Source of the DNA: Micromonosporaceae bacterium | GTDB lineage: Bacteria > Actinomycetota > Actinomycetes > Mycobacteriales > Micromonosporaceae | Assembly (NCBI GenBank): GCA_007130245.1 | Contig: SLSW01000268.1 | Coordinates: forward strand, 85-64,084 | Direction: 5' to 3' | DNA length: 64,000 nucleotides | In this document: one piece after another, positions 7,715-18,404 of the stretch | How positions within the stretch are numbered: position 1 is the first letter of the stretch | How the letters are laid out: each line of letters starts with the position of its first letter | Made by a program: the position numbers and the translations under genes | Notes under the pieces: generated by a model | Databases searched by the model: none | What the model was told of the DNA's origin: nothing | The model's input: the letters and a program-made list of their open reading frames with translations, nothing else

Positions 7715-10429
7715 ATGACCAGTCCCGCCGAGCGGTACGCGGCAGCCCGCCGGCGGGCGGCCCATCCGCGACTGAGCGAGTTCGCCGCCGGCCTCGACTT
7801 CGTCCTCGACCATTTCCAGCGCACCGCGTGCGAAGCCGTCGAACAGGGCAGCGGGGTGCTGGTGTGCGCGCCCACCGGTGCCGGCAAGACCGTGGTGGGG
7901 GAGTTCGCCGTACACCTGACGCTAACCGAGCCCACCGTGCGCAAATGCTTCTACACGACGCCGATCAAGGCGCTGTCGAACCAGAAGTACCAGGACCTGG
8001 TGCGCCGGCACGGGCGCGAGCGGGTGGGGCTGCTCACCGGCGACAACTCCATCAACGGCGACGCGCCGGTGGTGGTGATGACCACCGAGGTGCTGCGCAA
8101 CATGCTCTACGCCGGCTCGCCGACACTGTCCGGGCTGGCATACGTGGTCATGGACGAGGTGCACTACCTGGCCGACCGGTTCCGCGGCGCCGCTTGGGAA
8201 GAGGTGATCATCCATCTTCCTCCCAGCGTCGCGGTGATCTCGCTGTCGGCGACCGTGTCCAACGCCGAGGAGTTCGCCGAGTGGCTGATCACGGTACGCG
8301 GGCACACCGAGGTCATCGTCAGTGAGGAGCGGCCGGTGCCGCTATGGCAGCACATGCTGGTCGGGCGCCGGATGTTCGACCTGTTCCACGACGTCGACGC
8401 CGCACGCACCCATGAGGTAAACCCGGAGCTGCTGCGTCACACCCGCGAGCTGACCCGCCGCAACGGCTTCGAGCGCGGACGCGGCCGGCCGAGGCGGATA
8501 CCGGGGCCGTACCGCTCCGATGTGATCGAACGGCTGGACCGCAACGGACTACTGCCGGCGATCGTGTTCATCTTCAGCCGCGCCGGCTGCGACGCCGCGG
8601 TGCGGCAGTGCCTGCAGGCCGGCCTTCGCCTGACCACGGCCGCCGAGCGGGAGAAGATCCGCGAGCTGGTCGCCGCCCGCGTGGCAGACATCGCCGACGA
8701 GGACCTGCACGCGTTGGGCTACTGGGAGTGGCTGGAGGGACTGGAGCGGGGTCTGGCCGCCCACCATGCCGGCGCCCTGCCGGCGTTCAAGGAGATGGTC
8801 GAGGAGCTGTTCGTGCGCGGGCTGGTCAAGGCCGTGTTCGCCACCGAGACCCTGGCACTGGGCATCAACATGCCGGCACGCACGGTGGTGATGGAACGGC
8901 TGGTCAAGTTCAACGGTGAGGCGCATGTCGACCTCACGCCGGGAGAGTACACCCAGCTGACCGGCCGCGCCGGGCGGCGCGGCATCGACGTGGAGGGCCA
9001 CGCGGTGGTGGTGTGGACCCCGGAAGTCGACCCGCGCCACGTCGCCGGACTAGCCTCCACCCGCACATATCCGCTCAACTCCAGCTTTCAGCCCTCGTAC
9101 AACATGGCGGTCAACCTGGTGGCCACCCGCGGCATCGATGAGGGCCGTACGCTGCTGGAGTCGTCATTCGCACAGTTCCAGGCCGACCGCTCGGTGGTGG
9201 GCATAGCCCGGCAGGTGCAGCGCAACACCGAGGCCATCGCCTCCCACGCCGCCAAGGCCGTGTGCGACCTGGGTGACTTCGAGGAATACTTCGCGCTGCG
9301 TCGCGAGGTCAGCGAACGGGAGAAGGCCAAGGCGCGCCAGACCGCCGCCGACCGGCGCGCCGAGGCGCGCGCCTCGCTGGAGAAGCTGCGACCCGGCGAC
9401 GTGATCCGGGTGCCCGCTGGACGACGCGCCGGCCTGGCGGTGGTGCTCGACCCGGACGCCGGACGGCTCGGCGACCCCAAGCCGCTGGTGCTCACCGAGC
9501 AGCGGTGGGCCGGGCGGGTCCCCGCCAGCGACTTCGTCACCCCGGTGGAGTCGCTGGCCAGGGTGAAGGTGCCGCGCCACTTCAACCACCGCTCACCGCA
9601 GGCGCGCCGGGACCTGGCGGCCAGCCTGCGGGCGGTGGACGTGCCCCCGGCCGGCCGCCGGCGCCAGCGACGCGGCGCCGACCGGGACGAGGAGCTGATC
9701 CGGCTGCGCGCGCAGGTGCGCCGGCACCCCTGCCACGGCTGCGACCAGCGCGAGGAGCACGCCCGGTGGGCCGAACGCCGCGCCCGGCTCGAGCGCGACA
9801 CCGAAGCGCTGCAGGCCAGGGCGGCCCGGCGCACCCACTCGCTGGCGCGCACCTTCGACCGGGTCTGCGCGCTGCTGACCGACCGCGGCTACCTCACACC
9901 CGACGGCCAGATCACCGATGCTGGGCGCATGCTGTCACGCGTGTGGAGCGAGGCCGACCTGCTGGTGGCCGAGTGCCTGCGACGCGGCGTCTGGCAGAAG
10001 CTCACGCCGGAACAACTGGCGGCCGCGGTCTCGGTGGTGCTCTACGACTCCCGCCGCGAAAGCGGGCAGGCACCGCCGCTGCCGACCGGCTCGGTGTCCG
10101 ACGCGGTGCACGCCACCATCACGCTGTGGGCCGACATCGAGGCCGATGAGCGGGCCCGCGGCCTGGCGCTGACCCGCGAACCCGACGCCGGCTTCGTGTG
10201 GCCGCTGTACCGCTGGGCCCGCGGCGGGCCGCTGGCGCGGGTGCTGGCCGCCGCTGACAGCGACAGCGACCTGCCCGCCGGCGATTTCGTACGCTGGGCC
10301 CGGCAGGTGGTCGACCTGCTCGGGCAGATCGCCGACGCCGACGGGGCGCCCGAAGCGGTGCGCGAAGGCGCCCGGGAGGCGATGGCCCGGATCAACCGGG
10401 GCATTCTCGCCTATCCGGTCCTGGCCTGA
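7715..10429 (+). CDS. helY: Ski2-like DEAD/DEAH-box RNA helicase HelY
   Basis: 904 aa with motif I APTGAGKT, DEVH, SATVSN and HHAG. It has the long C-terminal DSHCT-like region typical of HelY. Confidence 0.9.
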   Translation: MTSPAERYAAARRRAAHPRLSEFAAGLDFVLDHFQRTACEAVEQGSGVLVCAPTGAGKTVVGEFAVHLTLTEPTVRKCFYTTPIKALSNQKYQDLVRRHGRERVGLLTGDNSINGDAPVVVMTTEVLRNMLYAGSPTLSGLAYVVMDEVHYLADRFRGAAWEEVIIHLPPSVAVISLSATVSNAEEFAEWLITVRGHTEVIVSEERPVPLWQHMLVGRRMFDLFHDVDAARTHEVNPELLRHTRELTRRNGFERGRGRPRRIPGPYRSDVIERLDRNGLLPAIVFIFSRAGCDAAVRQCLQAGLRLTTAAEREKIRELVAARVADIADEDLHALGYWEWLEGLERGLAAHHAGALPAFKEMVEELFVRGLVKAVFATETLALGINMPARTVVMERLVKFNGEAHVDLTPGEYTQLTGRAGRRGIDVEGHAVVVWTPEVDPRHVAGLASTRTYPLNSSFQPSYNMAVNLVATRGIDEGRTLLESSFAQFQADRSVVGIARQVQRNTEAIASHAAKAVCDLGDFEEYFALRREVSEREKAKARQTAADRRAEARASLEKLRPGDVIRVPAGRRAGLAVVLDPDAGRLGDPKPLVLTEQRWAGRVPASDFVTPVESLARVKVPRHFNHRSPQARRDLAASLRAVDVPPAGRRRQRRGADRDEELIRLRAQVRRHPCHGCDQREEHARWAERRARLERDTEALQARAARRTHSLARTFDRVCALLTDRGYLTPDGQITDAGRMLSRVWSEADLLVAECLRRGVWQKLTPEQLAAAVSVVLYDSRRESGQAPPLPTGSVSDAVHATITLWADIEADERARGLALTREPDAGFVWPLYRWARGGPLARVLAAADSDSDLPAGDFVRWARQVVDLLGQIADADGAPEAVREGAREAMARINRGILAYPVLA

Positions 10430-10552
10430 GCGTAGCCGTACCCGTGGCGTACGACCCACCGGACCCACGGGTCACCGGGGGCTCAACGTGCGCTGGCGCA
10501 CCGATTATGCTCAACATCCGGCGCACGTCACCGCCCGGCAGGGAGCAGCATC

Positions 10553-11509
10553 ATGCCTGAAGTCGCGACCATCGACCACTTCACGTACGGGCCGATCACC
10601 CCGATCCTGGCCTACGCCTTGTCGGTGCTCGGCGCCCTGCTGGGACTGACCAGCACCAAGCGGGCCCGCACCACCACCAGCCCCGGCCGCCGGGCGTGGT
10701 TCCTGCTGCTGGCCGCCTGGGCCATCGGCGGCACCGGCATCTGGGTCATGCACTTCATGGCCATGCTCGGCTTCGGCGTCGAGGGTTCGGAGATCCGCTA
10801 CGACGTCCCGATGACCGCCCTCAGCGCCGTGATCGCCATCGTGGTGGTCGGGATCGGCCTGTTCACCGCCGGGTACGGGCGGCCGAACCCGCTAAAGATC
10901 ATCCTCGGTGGCATCTTCGCGGGCCTGGGTGTGGCGTCGATGCACTACACCGGGATGTTCGCCATGAACATCGACGGGACCGTGCACTACGACGAGACGC
11001 TGGTGGCCGCATCCGTGGCCATCTCGGTGGTCGCCGCCACGGTGGCGTTGTGGTTCACCGTCACCCTGCAACGCACCGCGTCCCTGATCGCCGCCGCCCT
11101 GGTCATGGGCGTGGCGGTGTGCGGCATGCACTACACCGGCATGTTCGCCATGGAGGTCCATCTGCATCCCGGCGACGGGGCGCTGGAAGGCGCCACCGCG
11201 TTCGCGCTGATCCTGCCGATCACGTTGCTGGTCATCTTCGTGGTGATCGGGCTGATCTACGCCCTGCTGGCGGCGCCGTCTGACGAGGACCATGCCGGTG
11301 CGGATTTCATCAACGCGCGCATGGCCGGTAAGGGGCCCGACAGCTCCCGGCTGCCGGCGGGCCAGGCCGGTCCCCAGCCGGGCCAGCCTGGTCAGCAGCC
11401 GCAGCCAGGGCAGCTGGGCCGTCCGGGCGCACCACCCGGGTCGCCGGATCCCAACGGCCAGGGCACGGTGCCGCGTACCTCGGTGGCCCGCAGCTTCCGA
11501 CGCCGCTAG
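10553..11509 (+). CDS. MHYT domain membrane protein
   Basis: It has three MH(F/Y)(M/T)(A/G)M repeats (MHFMAM, MHYTGMFAM twice) in TM helices and a Pro/Gln/Gly-rich tail. Confidence 0.85.
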   Translation: MPEVATIDHFTYGPITPILAYALSVLGALLGLTSTKRARTTTSPGRRAWFLLLAAWAIGGTGIWVMHFMAMLGFGVEGSEIRYDVPMTALSAVIAIVVVGIGLFTAGYGRPNPLKIILGGIFAGLGVASMHYTGMFAMNIDGTVHYDETLVAASVAISVVAATVALWFTVTLQRTASLIAAALVMGVAVCGMHYTGMFAMEVHLHPGDGALEGATAFALILPITLLVIFVVIGLIYALLAAPSDEDHAGADFINARMAGKGPDSSRLPAGQAGPQPGQPGQQPQPGQLGRPGAPPGSPDPNGQGTVPRTSVARSFRRR

Positions 11510-12441
11510 CCGGCGGCCCCCTCGGCGGCGCGCGCCTGCGACATGGCATCGACCAGCCGCTGACACGGGCCGGCCAGGTTCCACTTCCGCGCCAACGCGA
11601 GGACCCGGTCCGCATCGCCCGGCACGTCCGGAAGGCGTGGGTCGAAGGCGCCCAGCGGGACGTCCCGCACCACCCGCACCACCCGGGGCGCGAGCGCCAG
11701 GTAGTCGCGCGCGGCCACCAGCTTCGCCCGCAGCCCGGGGGCGAATCCCGCCTGCGGGTCGTCGAGCGCCGCCAGCAACGCCGCCAGGCTGCCGTAGCGG
11801 TCGATCAGCCGCGCCGCGGTCTTGTCACCGACCCCGTTCACACCGGGCAGCCCGTCGCTGGGGTCGCCGCGCAGCACCGCGAAGTCGACGTAGGCCGACG
11901 CCGGCACACCGAACCGGGCGCGCACCGCCGCCTCATCGGAGACCTCCAGGTTGGCCACCCCGCGCGCGCAGTACAGCAACCGCACCGGGGCGCCGTCGTC
12001 GACGAGCTGGAACAGGTCCCGGTCGCCGGAGACCACCTCCACCGGGCCCGGCTGCGCGGTGGCCAGCGTGCCCAGCACATCGTCGGCCTCATAGCCGGGC
12101 GCTCCGAGCGCCGGGATGCCGACCGCGGCGAGCAGGTCGAGGATGATCGGCACCTGCGGCACCAGTTCGTCGGGCACCTCCTCGTCGCCGTCGGCGGCCA
12201 CCCGATGGGTCTTGTACGACGGCAGCAGCTCCACCCGCCACGCCGGGCGCCAGTCGGTGTCCAGCGCGCAGACCATCCGGTCCGGCGCGCGGGTGCGGAT
12301 CAGGGTGGCGAGCATGTCGACGAAGCCGCGTACGGCGTTGACGGGGGAGCCGTCGTCGGCGGTGGCCGCCGAGGTGGGGATGCCGTGGAAGGCGCGGAAG
12401 TACAGGTTCGGTGTGTCCACCGCCAGCAGTGCTCGGGCCAT
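11506..12441 (-). CDS. 5'-3' exonuclease (Pol I N-terminal domain-like, FEN family)
   Basis: LLAVDTPNLYFRAFHG, GYEADDVLGT and the H3TH region GVNGVGDKTAARLI. Confidence 0.85.
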   Translation of the reverse strand: MARALLAVDTPNLYFRAFHGIPTSAATADDGSPVNAVRGFVDMLATLIRTRAPDRMVCALDTDWRPAWRVELLPSYKTHRVAADGDEEVPDELVPQVPIILDLLAAVGIPALGAPGYEADDVLGTLATAQPGPVEVVSGDRDLFQLVDDGAPVRLLYCARGVANLEVSDEAAVRARFGVPASAYVDFAVLRGDPSDGLPGVNGVGDKTAARLIDRYGSLAALLAALDDPQAGFAPGLRAKLVAARDYLALAPRVVRVVRDVPLGAFDPRLPDVPGDADRVLALARKWNLAGPCQRLVDAMSQARAAEGAAG

Positions 12442-12491
12442 GGCGACAGCCTGTCACACCGGCACCCCCAAACGAGCGTTAAGCTTGGGGG

Positions 12492-13655
12492 ATGGTCACC
12501 GGTACCCCGATCCGCCTGTTGCCCACCGACGAGGCGCGCCAGCTTCTGGAGCTCACCGAACAACTGGCGGACAAGGAGCTCGCCCCACGGGCCGACGACT
12601 ACGAGCAGCGGGCCCAGTTCCCGCGCGAGGTGCTGCGCACCCTCGGCCAGGCCGGGCTGCTGGGCCTGCCGTACCCGTCAACCTACGGTGGGGGAGAGCA
12701 GCCGTACGAGGTCTACCTGCAGGTGCTGGAGGTTCTCGCCTCCCGGTGGCTCACGGTGGCCGAGGCGGTCAGCGTGCACACGCTGGCGTGTTACCCGCTG
12801 GCCGCGTACGGCACCGAGGCCCAGCGTGAGACCTGGCTTCCGGACATGCTCGGCGGCGAGCTGCTTGGTGCGTACTGCCTGTCCGAACCCGCCGGCGGCT
12901 CCGACCCGGCGGCGATGACCACTCGCGCCACCCGCGACGGCGACATGTACGTGGTCAACGGCACCAAAGCCTGGACCACCCACGCGGGGGTGGCCGACTT
13001 CTACAACATCTTCTGCCGCACCGGCGGCGAGGGCCACCGTGGCATCTCCTGCCTGCTCGCCGACGCCACCACCGCCGGCGTCACCCCACAGGCACGGGAG
13101 AGGACCATGGGCCTGCACGCCTCGCCGGTGGCGCAGATCGCCTTCGACGACGCCCGGGTGCCCGCTGACCGGTTGCTCGGCGGCGAAGGGCAGGGGTTCC
13201 GCATCGCCATGCAGGCGCTGGACGCCGGTCGACTCGGCATCGCCGCGTGTGCGGTCGGGCTGGCGCAGGCCGCGCTGGACTACGCGGTCGACTACACCCG
13301 CGAGCGCACCCAGTTCGGCCGCCCGGTCATCGAGTTCCAGGGGCTCGGGTTCCTGCTCGCCGACGCCGCCACCCAGATCGCCGCGGCGCGGTCGCTGACC
13401 CTGCAGGCGGCGCGGCTGCGCGACGCCGGCCACCCGTTCTCGGTCGAGGCGGCCAAGGCAAAGCTGTTCGCTACCGACATGGCGATGAAGGTGACCACCG
13501 ACGCGGTGCAGGCCCTGGGAGGCTACGGATATGTGGCCGATCACCCGGTGGAGCGGTGGATGCGGGAGGCCAAGGTGCTGCAGATCGTCGAGGGCACCAA
13601 CCAGATCCAGCGCATGGTCATCGCCAGGGACCTGAGCCGACCACGACGTGGATGA
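12492..13655 (+). CDS. acyl-CoA dehydrogenase
   Basis: CLSEPAGGSD, and QIVEGTNQIQRMVIARDL at the C-terminus. Confidence 0.9.
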   Translation: MVTGTPIRLLPTDEARQLLELTEQLADKELAPRADDYEQRAQFPREVLRTLGQAGLLGLPYPSTYGGGEQPYEVYLQVLEVLASRWLTVAEAVSVHTLACYPLAAYGTEAQRETWLPDMLGGELLGAYCLSEPAGGSDPAAMTTRATRDGDMYVVNGTKAWTTHAGVADFYNIFCRTGGEGHRGISCLLADATTAGVTPQARERTMGLHASPVAQIAFDDARVPADRLLGGEGQGFRIAMQALDAGRLGIAACAVGLAQAALDYAVDYTRERTQFGRPVIEFQGLGFLLADAATQIAAARSLTLQAARLRDAGHPFSVEAAKAKLFATDMAMKVTTDAVQALGGYGYVADHPVERWMREAKVLQIVEGTNQIQRMVIARDLSRPRRG

Positions 13656-13740
13656 GGCACAGGCGGTGCCGCGGACCGGCGGCGACTCACCCGGGTGAGG
13701 AACGGCGCGACGGTGGTTCGACAGCGGTAGGTTATCGGTT

Positions 13741-14205
13741 GTGGAGGATACCGACCGTGCCATCGTCGCCGCCCTGGCCGAAGACGGGCGGCTGTCGTAC
13801 ACCGACCTGGCCGACAAAGTCGGCCTGTCAGTGTCCGCCGTGCACCAGCGGGTGCGCCGGCTGGAGCAGCGGGGCGTCATCACCGGATACGCGGCACAGG
13901 TGTCGCACGAGGCGGTGGGGCTGGCGCTGACCGCGTTCGTGGCGATCCGCCCGTTCGACCCCTCCCAACCCGACGACTCACCCGAGCGGCTGGCGCACCT
14001 GCGGGAGGTGCAGGCGTGCTACTCGGTGGCGGGGGAGGACTCGTACCTGCTGCTGGTGCGGGTGGCCGGCCCGACGGACCTGGAGCGGCTGCTGCAGCAG
14101 ATCCGGTCGGCGGCCAACGTCACCACCCGTACGACCGTGGTGCTGTCCATCCCGTACGAACAACGGCCGCCCAAGGTGATCGAGACCCCTGGCGGGGGCT
14201 CCTAG
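13741..14205 (+). CDS. Lrp/AsnC family transcriptional regulator
   Basis: DRAIVAALAEDGRLSYTDLADKVGLSVSAVHQRVRRLEQRGVI HTH plus a RAM-like C-terminus. Confidence 0.85.
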   Translation: MEDTDRAIVAALAEDGRLSYTDLADKVGLSVSAVHQRVRRLEQRGVITGYAAQVSHEAVGLALTAFVAIRPFDPSQPDDSPERLAHLREVQACYSVAGEDSYLLLVRVAGPTDLERLLQQIRSAANVTTRTTVVLSIPYEQRPPKVIETPGGGS

Positions 14206-14223
14206 CCGGGGTCCGGCGCAGGC

Positions 14224-14838
14224 TCATGGGGCCTTCGCCATGGCTGACGGGTCGCGCCGGTACAGGTCCACCACGTACTCCACCAGCGTGATCAGCACCT
14301 TCTTGACCGACTCGCGCACCCGGGCGTCGCACATGACCAGCGGTGTCTCCGGGGCGATCGACAACGCCTCCCGGATCTCGTTCTCGTCGTAGCGCGGCGC
14401 GCCGTCGAAGCAGTTGACCGCCACCAGGTAGGGCACGTTGCGGCTTTCGAAGAAGTCGATGGGGGAGAAGCTGTCGGTGACCCGGCGGGTGTCGACCATC
14501 ACCACCGCGCCGATCGAGCCGCGGTTCAGCTCGTCCCACATGAACCAGAACCGCGTCTGCCCAGGAGTGCCGAACAGGTAGAGGATCAGGTCGGACGACA
14601 TCGTTATCCGACCGAAGTCCATGGCCACGGTGGTGGTGCCCTTGCCCGGCACACCGGAGGTGTCGTCGACCTGGTCGCTGGCCGCGGTCATCACGGCTTC
14701 GGTAGTCAGCGGCGTGATCTCCGAGACCGAACCGACCAGGGTCGTCTTACCGACCCCGAAGCCGCCGGCGACCAGTATCTTCGCCGACTTGATCGCAGCG
14801 GGCCGGGCCATACCCGTGTCAGAGCTTGCGGAGTCCAC
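14224..14838 (-). CDS. cvnD: conservon GTPase (Ras-like ATP/GTP-binding protein, CvnD type)
   Basis: It has the P-loop KILVAGGFGVGKTT and the G3 motif LFGTPGQ. It is the last gene of a four-gene conservon. Confidence 0.85.
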   Translation of the reverse strand: MDSASSDTGMARPAAIKSAKILVAGGFGVGKTTLVGSVSEITPLTTEAVMTAASDQVDDTSGVPGKGTTTVAMDFGRITMSSDLILYLFGTPGQTRFWFMWDELNRGSIGAVVMVDTRRVTDSFSPIDFFESRNVPYLVAVNCFDGAPRYDENEIREALSIAPETPLVMCDARVRESVKKVLITLVEYVVDLYRRDPSAMAKAP

Positions 14839-15181
14839 TCAGCACCCTCTCCAGCAGTTCCATGCGCTCTTCGTAGCCATCGTGAACGGTTGTTTCATGC
14901 AACGTCAGCAGGCCTTCGATGGCCATGTCGGCCACCAGCACCCGGGCGACCCCGAGAGCCACCCGCAGGTGCGAGGCGATCTCGGCCAGCGACAGCGGCT
15001 GCTCGCACAGGTTGGCGATGCGTTGCTTGTCCCGCCCCGCGAACGCCGCCTCCTGCCGGCCGCGCTCGGTGGTGACCAGCACGGCCTCCATCGCGATGTC
15101 GCGCACCGGCTCGGTGCGCCCCCGGGTGACAGCATAGGGCCGGATCAGGTTGCCCCGCGGATCCTGCCTGGGACCGTCCAC
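14819..15181 (-). CDS. cvnC: DUF742 protein (CvnC type)
   Basis: LIRPYAVTRGRTEP...LSLAEIASHL is typical of DUF742. It overlaps cvnD. Confidence 0.8.
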   Translation of the reverse strand: MDGPRQDPRGNLIRPYAVTRGRTEPVRDIAMEAVLVTTERGRQEAAFAGRDKQRIANLCEQPLSLAEIASHLRVALGVARVLVADMAIEGLLTLHETTVHDGYEERMELLERVLSGLRKL

Positions 15182-15214
15182 CGTCTACCCCTCGCCGCCT
15201 GCGATCCAGAACCG

Positions 15215-15628
15215 TCACTGCTGCTGAGCCAGGGCCGAGCGGGGCACGGGCGACAACGCGTTACCCACACGCTCCACCAGCAGCGCCATTTCGTAGCCCA
15301 CCTGCCCGACATCGGCGTTGCGGGCTGCCAGCGCGGCCAGCGCCGAGCCGTCGCTGATGGACATGAGGAACAGGAAGCCTCCGTCCATCTCCACCACATT
15401 CTGCAGGACACCGCCGGCTTCCAGCAGCCCGGCCGCGCCCTGGGTCAGGCTGACCAGCCCGGAGGTGATCGCCGCGAGCTGATCGCCCCGGTCCCGCGGC
15501 AGGTCCCGTGACGACGCCAGCAGCAGACCGTCGGCGGAGACCGCGATCGCGTGCGCGACGCCCGGTGTCTCCTCGGCAAAATTGGCCAGCAGCCAGTTCA
15601 TGTCCTGCTGGCGGGATGGTGTGGTCAT
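15215..15628 (-). CDS. cvnB: roadblock/LC7 domain protein (CvnB type)
   Basis: [29 protein letters not shown]... is a roadblock/LC7 signature. Confidence 0.85.
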   Translation of the reverse strand: MTTPSRQQDMNWLLANFAEETPGVAHAIAVSADGLLLASSRDLPRDRGDQLAAITSGLVSLTQGAAGLLEAGGVLQNVVEMDGGFLFLMSISDGSALAALAARNADVGQVGYEMALLVERVGNALSPVPRSALAQQQ

Positions 15629-15659
15629 GGATGGACCGTCTCCTCACTGATCATGCACA

Positions 15660-18404
15660 TCACTGTCCGCCGTGCTCCCGTCCGCGCTGGACGCCCCGGT
15701 GGTATGCCGACAGCAGCCCCCGGACCTCCTCGGGCGAGCGTCGCTGGGTGCCGACGCCACCGCTGGGGGCGTCGACGCCACCGGGCACCAGCTGCGCCTG
15801 CGGCACCCGCTTGGGAAGCCCGGAGCTGGTCGACCCCGCGACCGGCGGTTCCGCAGCCTTCGCCGCAGCGCTCCAGCCATCGTCGGCCGCCGTCTGCCAC
15901 TCGTCGGCCCGGGTGTCGCCGGATGCGCGTGCGGCACGACCGTACGCCGGCGCGGCGGACGCTGCACCAGTGGAACCCGCGCCCGATGCCTCCGCCGCAC
16001 CCGCACCACCAGCACCGCTGGCGGCGGCCTGCTGGGGGGTGGCACCGAGATCCAGCTCACCGTGGCTGCGGAACCAGACCGCTTCCATCTCCCGGAAGAT
16101 CGGGAGCTCGGCGGTGGCATCGGAGGCGTTCGCGGCCGCCGCCGGCGGCGCCGGCGGATTGCGGGGATGGCGGGTCAGCAACGCCTCCGGCGGCCGCCCG
16201 GCCACCGGGCCGTCCGCAGCTGCTGCCGCGCCGGCCGTGGGCGCCGCGCTGGCGGACATCGCCTCCGTAGCGGTGGTGGCCGCACCGGCGGAGGTAGCCG
16301 TGCTGGCCTGGGTGGCCTGACTCGACGGTGCCGCGGCGCGGCGTCGCGCCGAGTGACTGACCACCTCGGCCGAACGTCGCGGGAGCTGACCCAGGTGGCG
16401 CGCCGGCAGCGGCGGAGGCTGGTGGGTCTGTTCACTGGCGAGCGGTGCACGGGGCGCCGGAATCTCCGGGATGCGCGACCGGTGCTGGGGCAGGATCAGG
16501 ATGTTCGGTGGCAGCGCAACGTACACGACCGTGCCCGTGCGCATGTCGGAGCGCAGTTCCACCCGGATCCGGTGTCGGGCGGCCAGCCGCGCGACCACCG
16601 CCAGACCCATGCGCCGGAAGGTGTTGAACTCGACCGCGGGCGGGTTGGCCAGCCAGGTGTTGATCTGGTTCAACTGGTCCTGTGGCATACCGACACCGTG
16701 GTCCTCCACCTGAATGATCACCTGATCGCCGAGTCGGCGGGCCTCCACGACCACCGGTGCACTCGGTGGCGAGAACCGGGTGGCGTTGTCGAACAGCTCC
16801 GCCACCAGGCGGACCACGTCGTTGACTGCCATTGCTTTGACGGACACATCGGCGTCGACGGTGCCGAACTCGATCCGGTCGTAGTGCTCGACCTCCGACT
16901 GCGACGCGCGAAGCACGTCGGGCACCGGCGCATCCTCGCTGCGAACCGGGCCACTGTCGGCACCGGCGAGCACCAGCAGGTTCTCGTCATTGCGGCGCAT
17001 CCGCGTGGCGAGGTGGTCCAGCGCGAACAGTCGCGACAGTCGCTTGGGGTCCTGCTCGTTGCGCTCGATGTCGTCGAGTTCGTTGATCATGCGGTCAACC
17101 AGCGTCTGGCTACGCCGGGCCAGGTTGAGGAACATCGCCGACACGCTGGTCCGCAGTGCCGCCTGTTCAGCGGCGACCCGGACGGCGGCCTGGTGGACCA
17201 CGTTGAACGCCTGGGCCACCTGGCCGATCTCGTCGCGGCTCTTTAGCCGGATCGGGTCGTGCACCTGGCTGGCGGCCTGCGCCGGGGTGAGTTCACCCAG
17301 GTTCTGGGGGTCGCTGAACCGCGCCACCGTCTCGGGCAGGTCCCGGTTGGCCACGCCGAGCGCGTCCTCCCGTAGCTGGCCGAGCGATCTGGTCAGCATT
17401 CGCGCCAGCAGCAGCGCCACAACGATGGCGAACACGAGCACGGCCAGCACGGCGCCGGCCTCGACCAGCACCTGCTGCCGCACGGCGTCCCGTAGCTCGG
17501 TGGCGAGCGCGACCTGATCGGAGTGCAGTTGCTCTTCGGCATGCCGGACCAGATTGACAACCGAGCCCAGCGCCTGGGACGCGGCCGCAGCGCTCACCTC
17601 GGGTTGCGGTCCGCTTGAGCGGATGACCTGCGCCGCGACCCGCTCTGCGAGCACGACGGCGTCACCTGTCAGGGTGGAGTTGACCACCGCGACCTGCTCT
17701 GGAGTGGCTGCGAGCGAAAAGCCGAGCAGCGCCTCCTGCACACCGGTCTGGGTGGCGAGGAACGCGGTGAGCTGTTCATCATCGGGCGCGCCCCCGACCA
17801 GGGCGGCGTAGGCGGTGGCCTGCCCGTTGGCCATGTGGCTCTTCGACTTGGACAGGGCCGCCACGGCCCGGATCGACTCCGCGAGTGCGGGATCGTCGGT
17901 GACCTGGCCGACAGCCTCCTGGTAGTCGATGACGTCCGAGATGATCACGCCGTACCGGAGGGTGACCGCGGAGGCGCTGATGCCGGTTTCGCCCAGGACC
18001 TCCTGGCGGGTCGCGGACACGGCGTCCAGTTGCTGGTCGACCCGGACCAGGCGGTCGCGGATCAGGTCGGGGACCTCGTCGAGCGGCGCGCGCGCCGTCC
18101 GGTACGCGTCAATGGTGCGATCGGTCACCGAAGCCTGCGCGTTGAACCTGCTCGTGTCCTCCTCATCGCCGACGATCAGGGCGGTGGCGAGCATCCGCTC
18201 CCGGTGCAACTCGTGTGCCACGCCCGAGGCGGCCGCCGACACCTCGGCCAGCGACCTCACCAGCTCGGCGGCGCCCGCGCGCTGGCCGCTGTCGACGAGG
18301 CGCAACCCGGCCAGCGCGACGACCGCGACCAGCGGGATAACCAGCAGGAGGCTCAGTTTGGAGCGAATCCGGGCGTCCCGTAGCGACCTGAACAGCCCGC
18401 GCAT
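15660..18404 (-). CDS. cvnA: conservon sensor histidine kinase with nitrate/nitrite-sensing (NIT) and HAMP domains (CvnA type)
   Basis: The likely start is ATG 18404 (MRGLFRSLRDARIRSKLSLLLVIPL). It has an HATPase region (DNATRFSP...VEDHGVGM) and an Ala/Pro-rich tail of about 300 aa. Confidence 0.85.
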   Translation of the reverse strand: MRGLFRSLRDARIRSKLSLLLVIPLVAVVALAGLRLVDSGQRAGAAELVRSLAEVSAAASGVAHELHRERMLATALIVGDEEDTSRFNAQASVTDRTIDAYRTARAPLDEVPDLIRDRLVRVDQQLDAVSATRQEVLGETGISASAVTLRYGVIISDVIDYQEAVGQVTDDPALAESIRAVAALSKSKSHMANGQATAYAALVGGAPDDEQLTAFLATQTGVQEALLGFSLAATPEQVAVVNSTLTGDAVVLAERVAAQVIRSSGPQPEVSAAAASQALGSVVNLVRHAEEQLHSDQVALATELRDAVRQQVLVEAGAVLAVLVFAIVVALLLARMLTRSLGQLREDALGVANRDLPETVARFSDPQNLGELTPAQAASQVHDPIRLKSRDEIGQVAQAFNVVHQAAVRVAAEQAALRTSVSAMFLNLARRSQTLVDRMINELDDIERNEQDPKRLSRLFALDHLATRMRRNDENLLVLAGADSGPVRSEDAPVPDVLRASQSEVEHYDRIEFGTVDADVSVKAMAVNDVVRLVAELFDNATRFSPPSAPVVVEARRLGDQVIIQVEDHGVGMPQDQLNQINTWLANPPAVEFNTFRRMGLAVVARLAARHRIRVELRSDMRTGTVVYVALPPNILILPQHRSRIPEIPAPRAPLASEQTHQPPPLPARHLGQLPRRSAEVVSHSARRRAAAPSSQATQASTATSAGAATTATEAMSASAAPTAGAAAAADGPVAGRPPEALLTRHPRNPPAPPAAAANASDATAELPIFREMEAVWFRSHGELDLGATPQQAAASGAGGAGAAEASGAGSTGAASAAPAYGRAARASGDTRADEWQTAADDGWSAAAKAAEPPVAGSTSSGLPKRVPQAQLVPGGVDAPSGGVGTQRRSPEEVRGLLSAYHRGVQRGREHGGQ

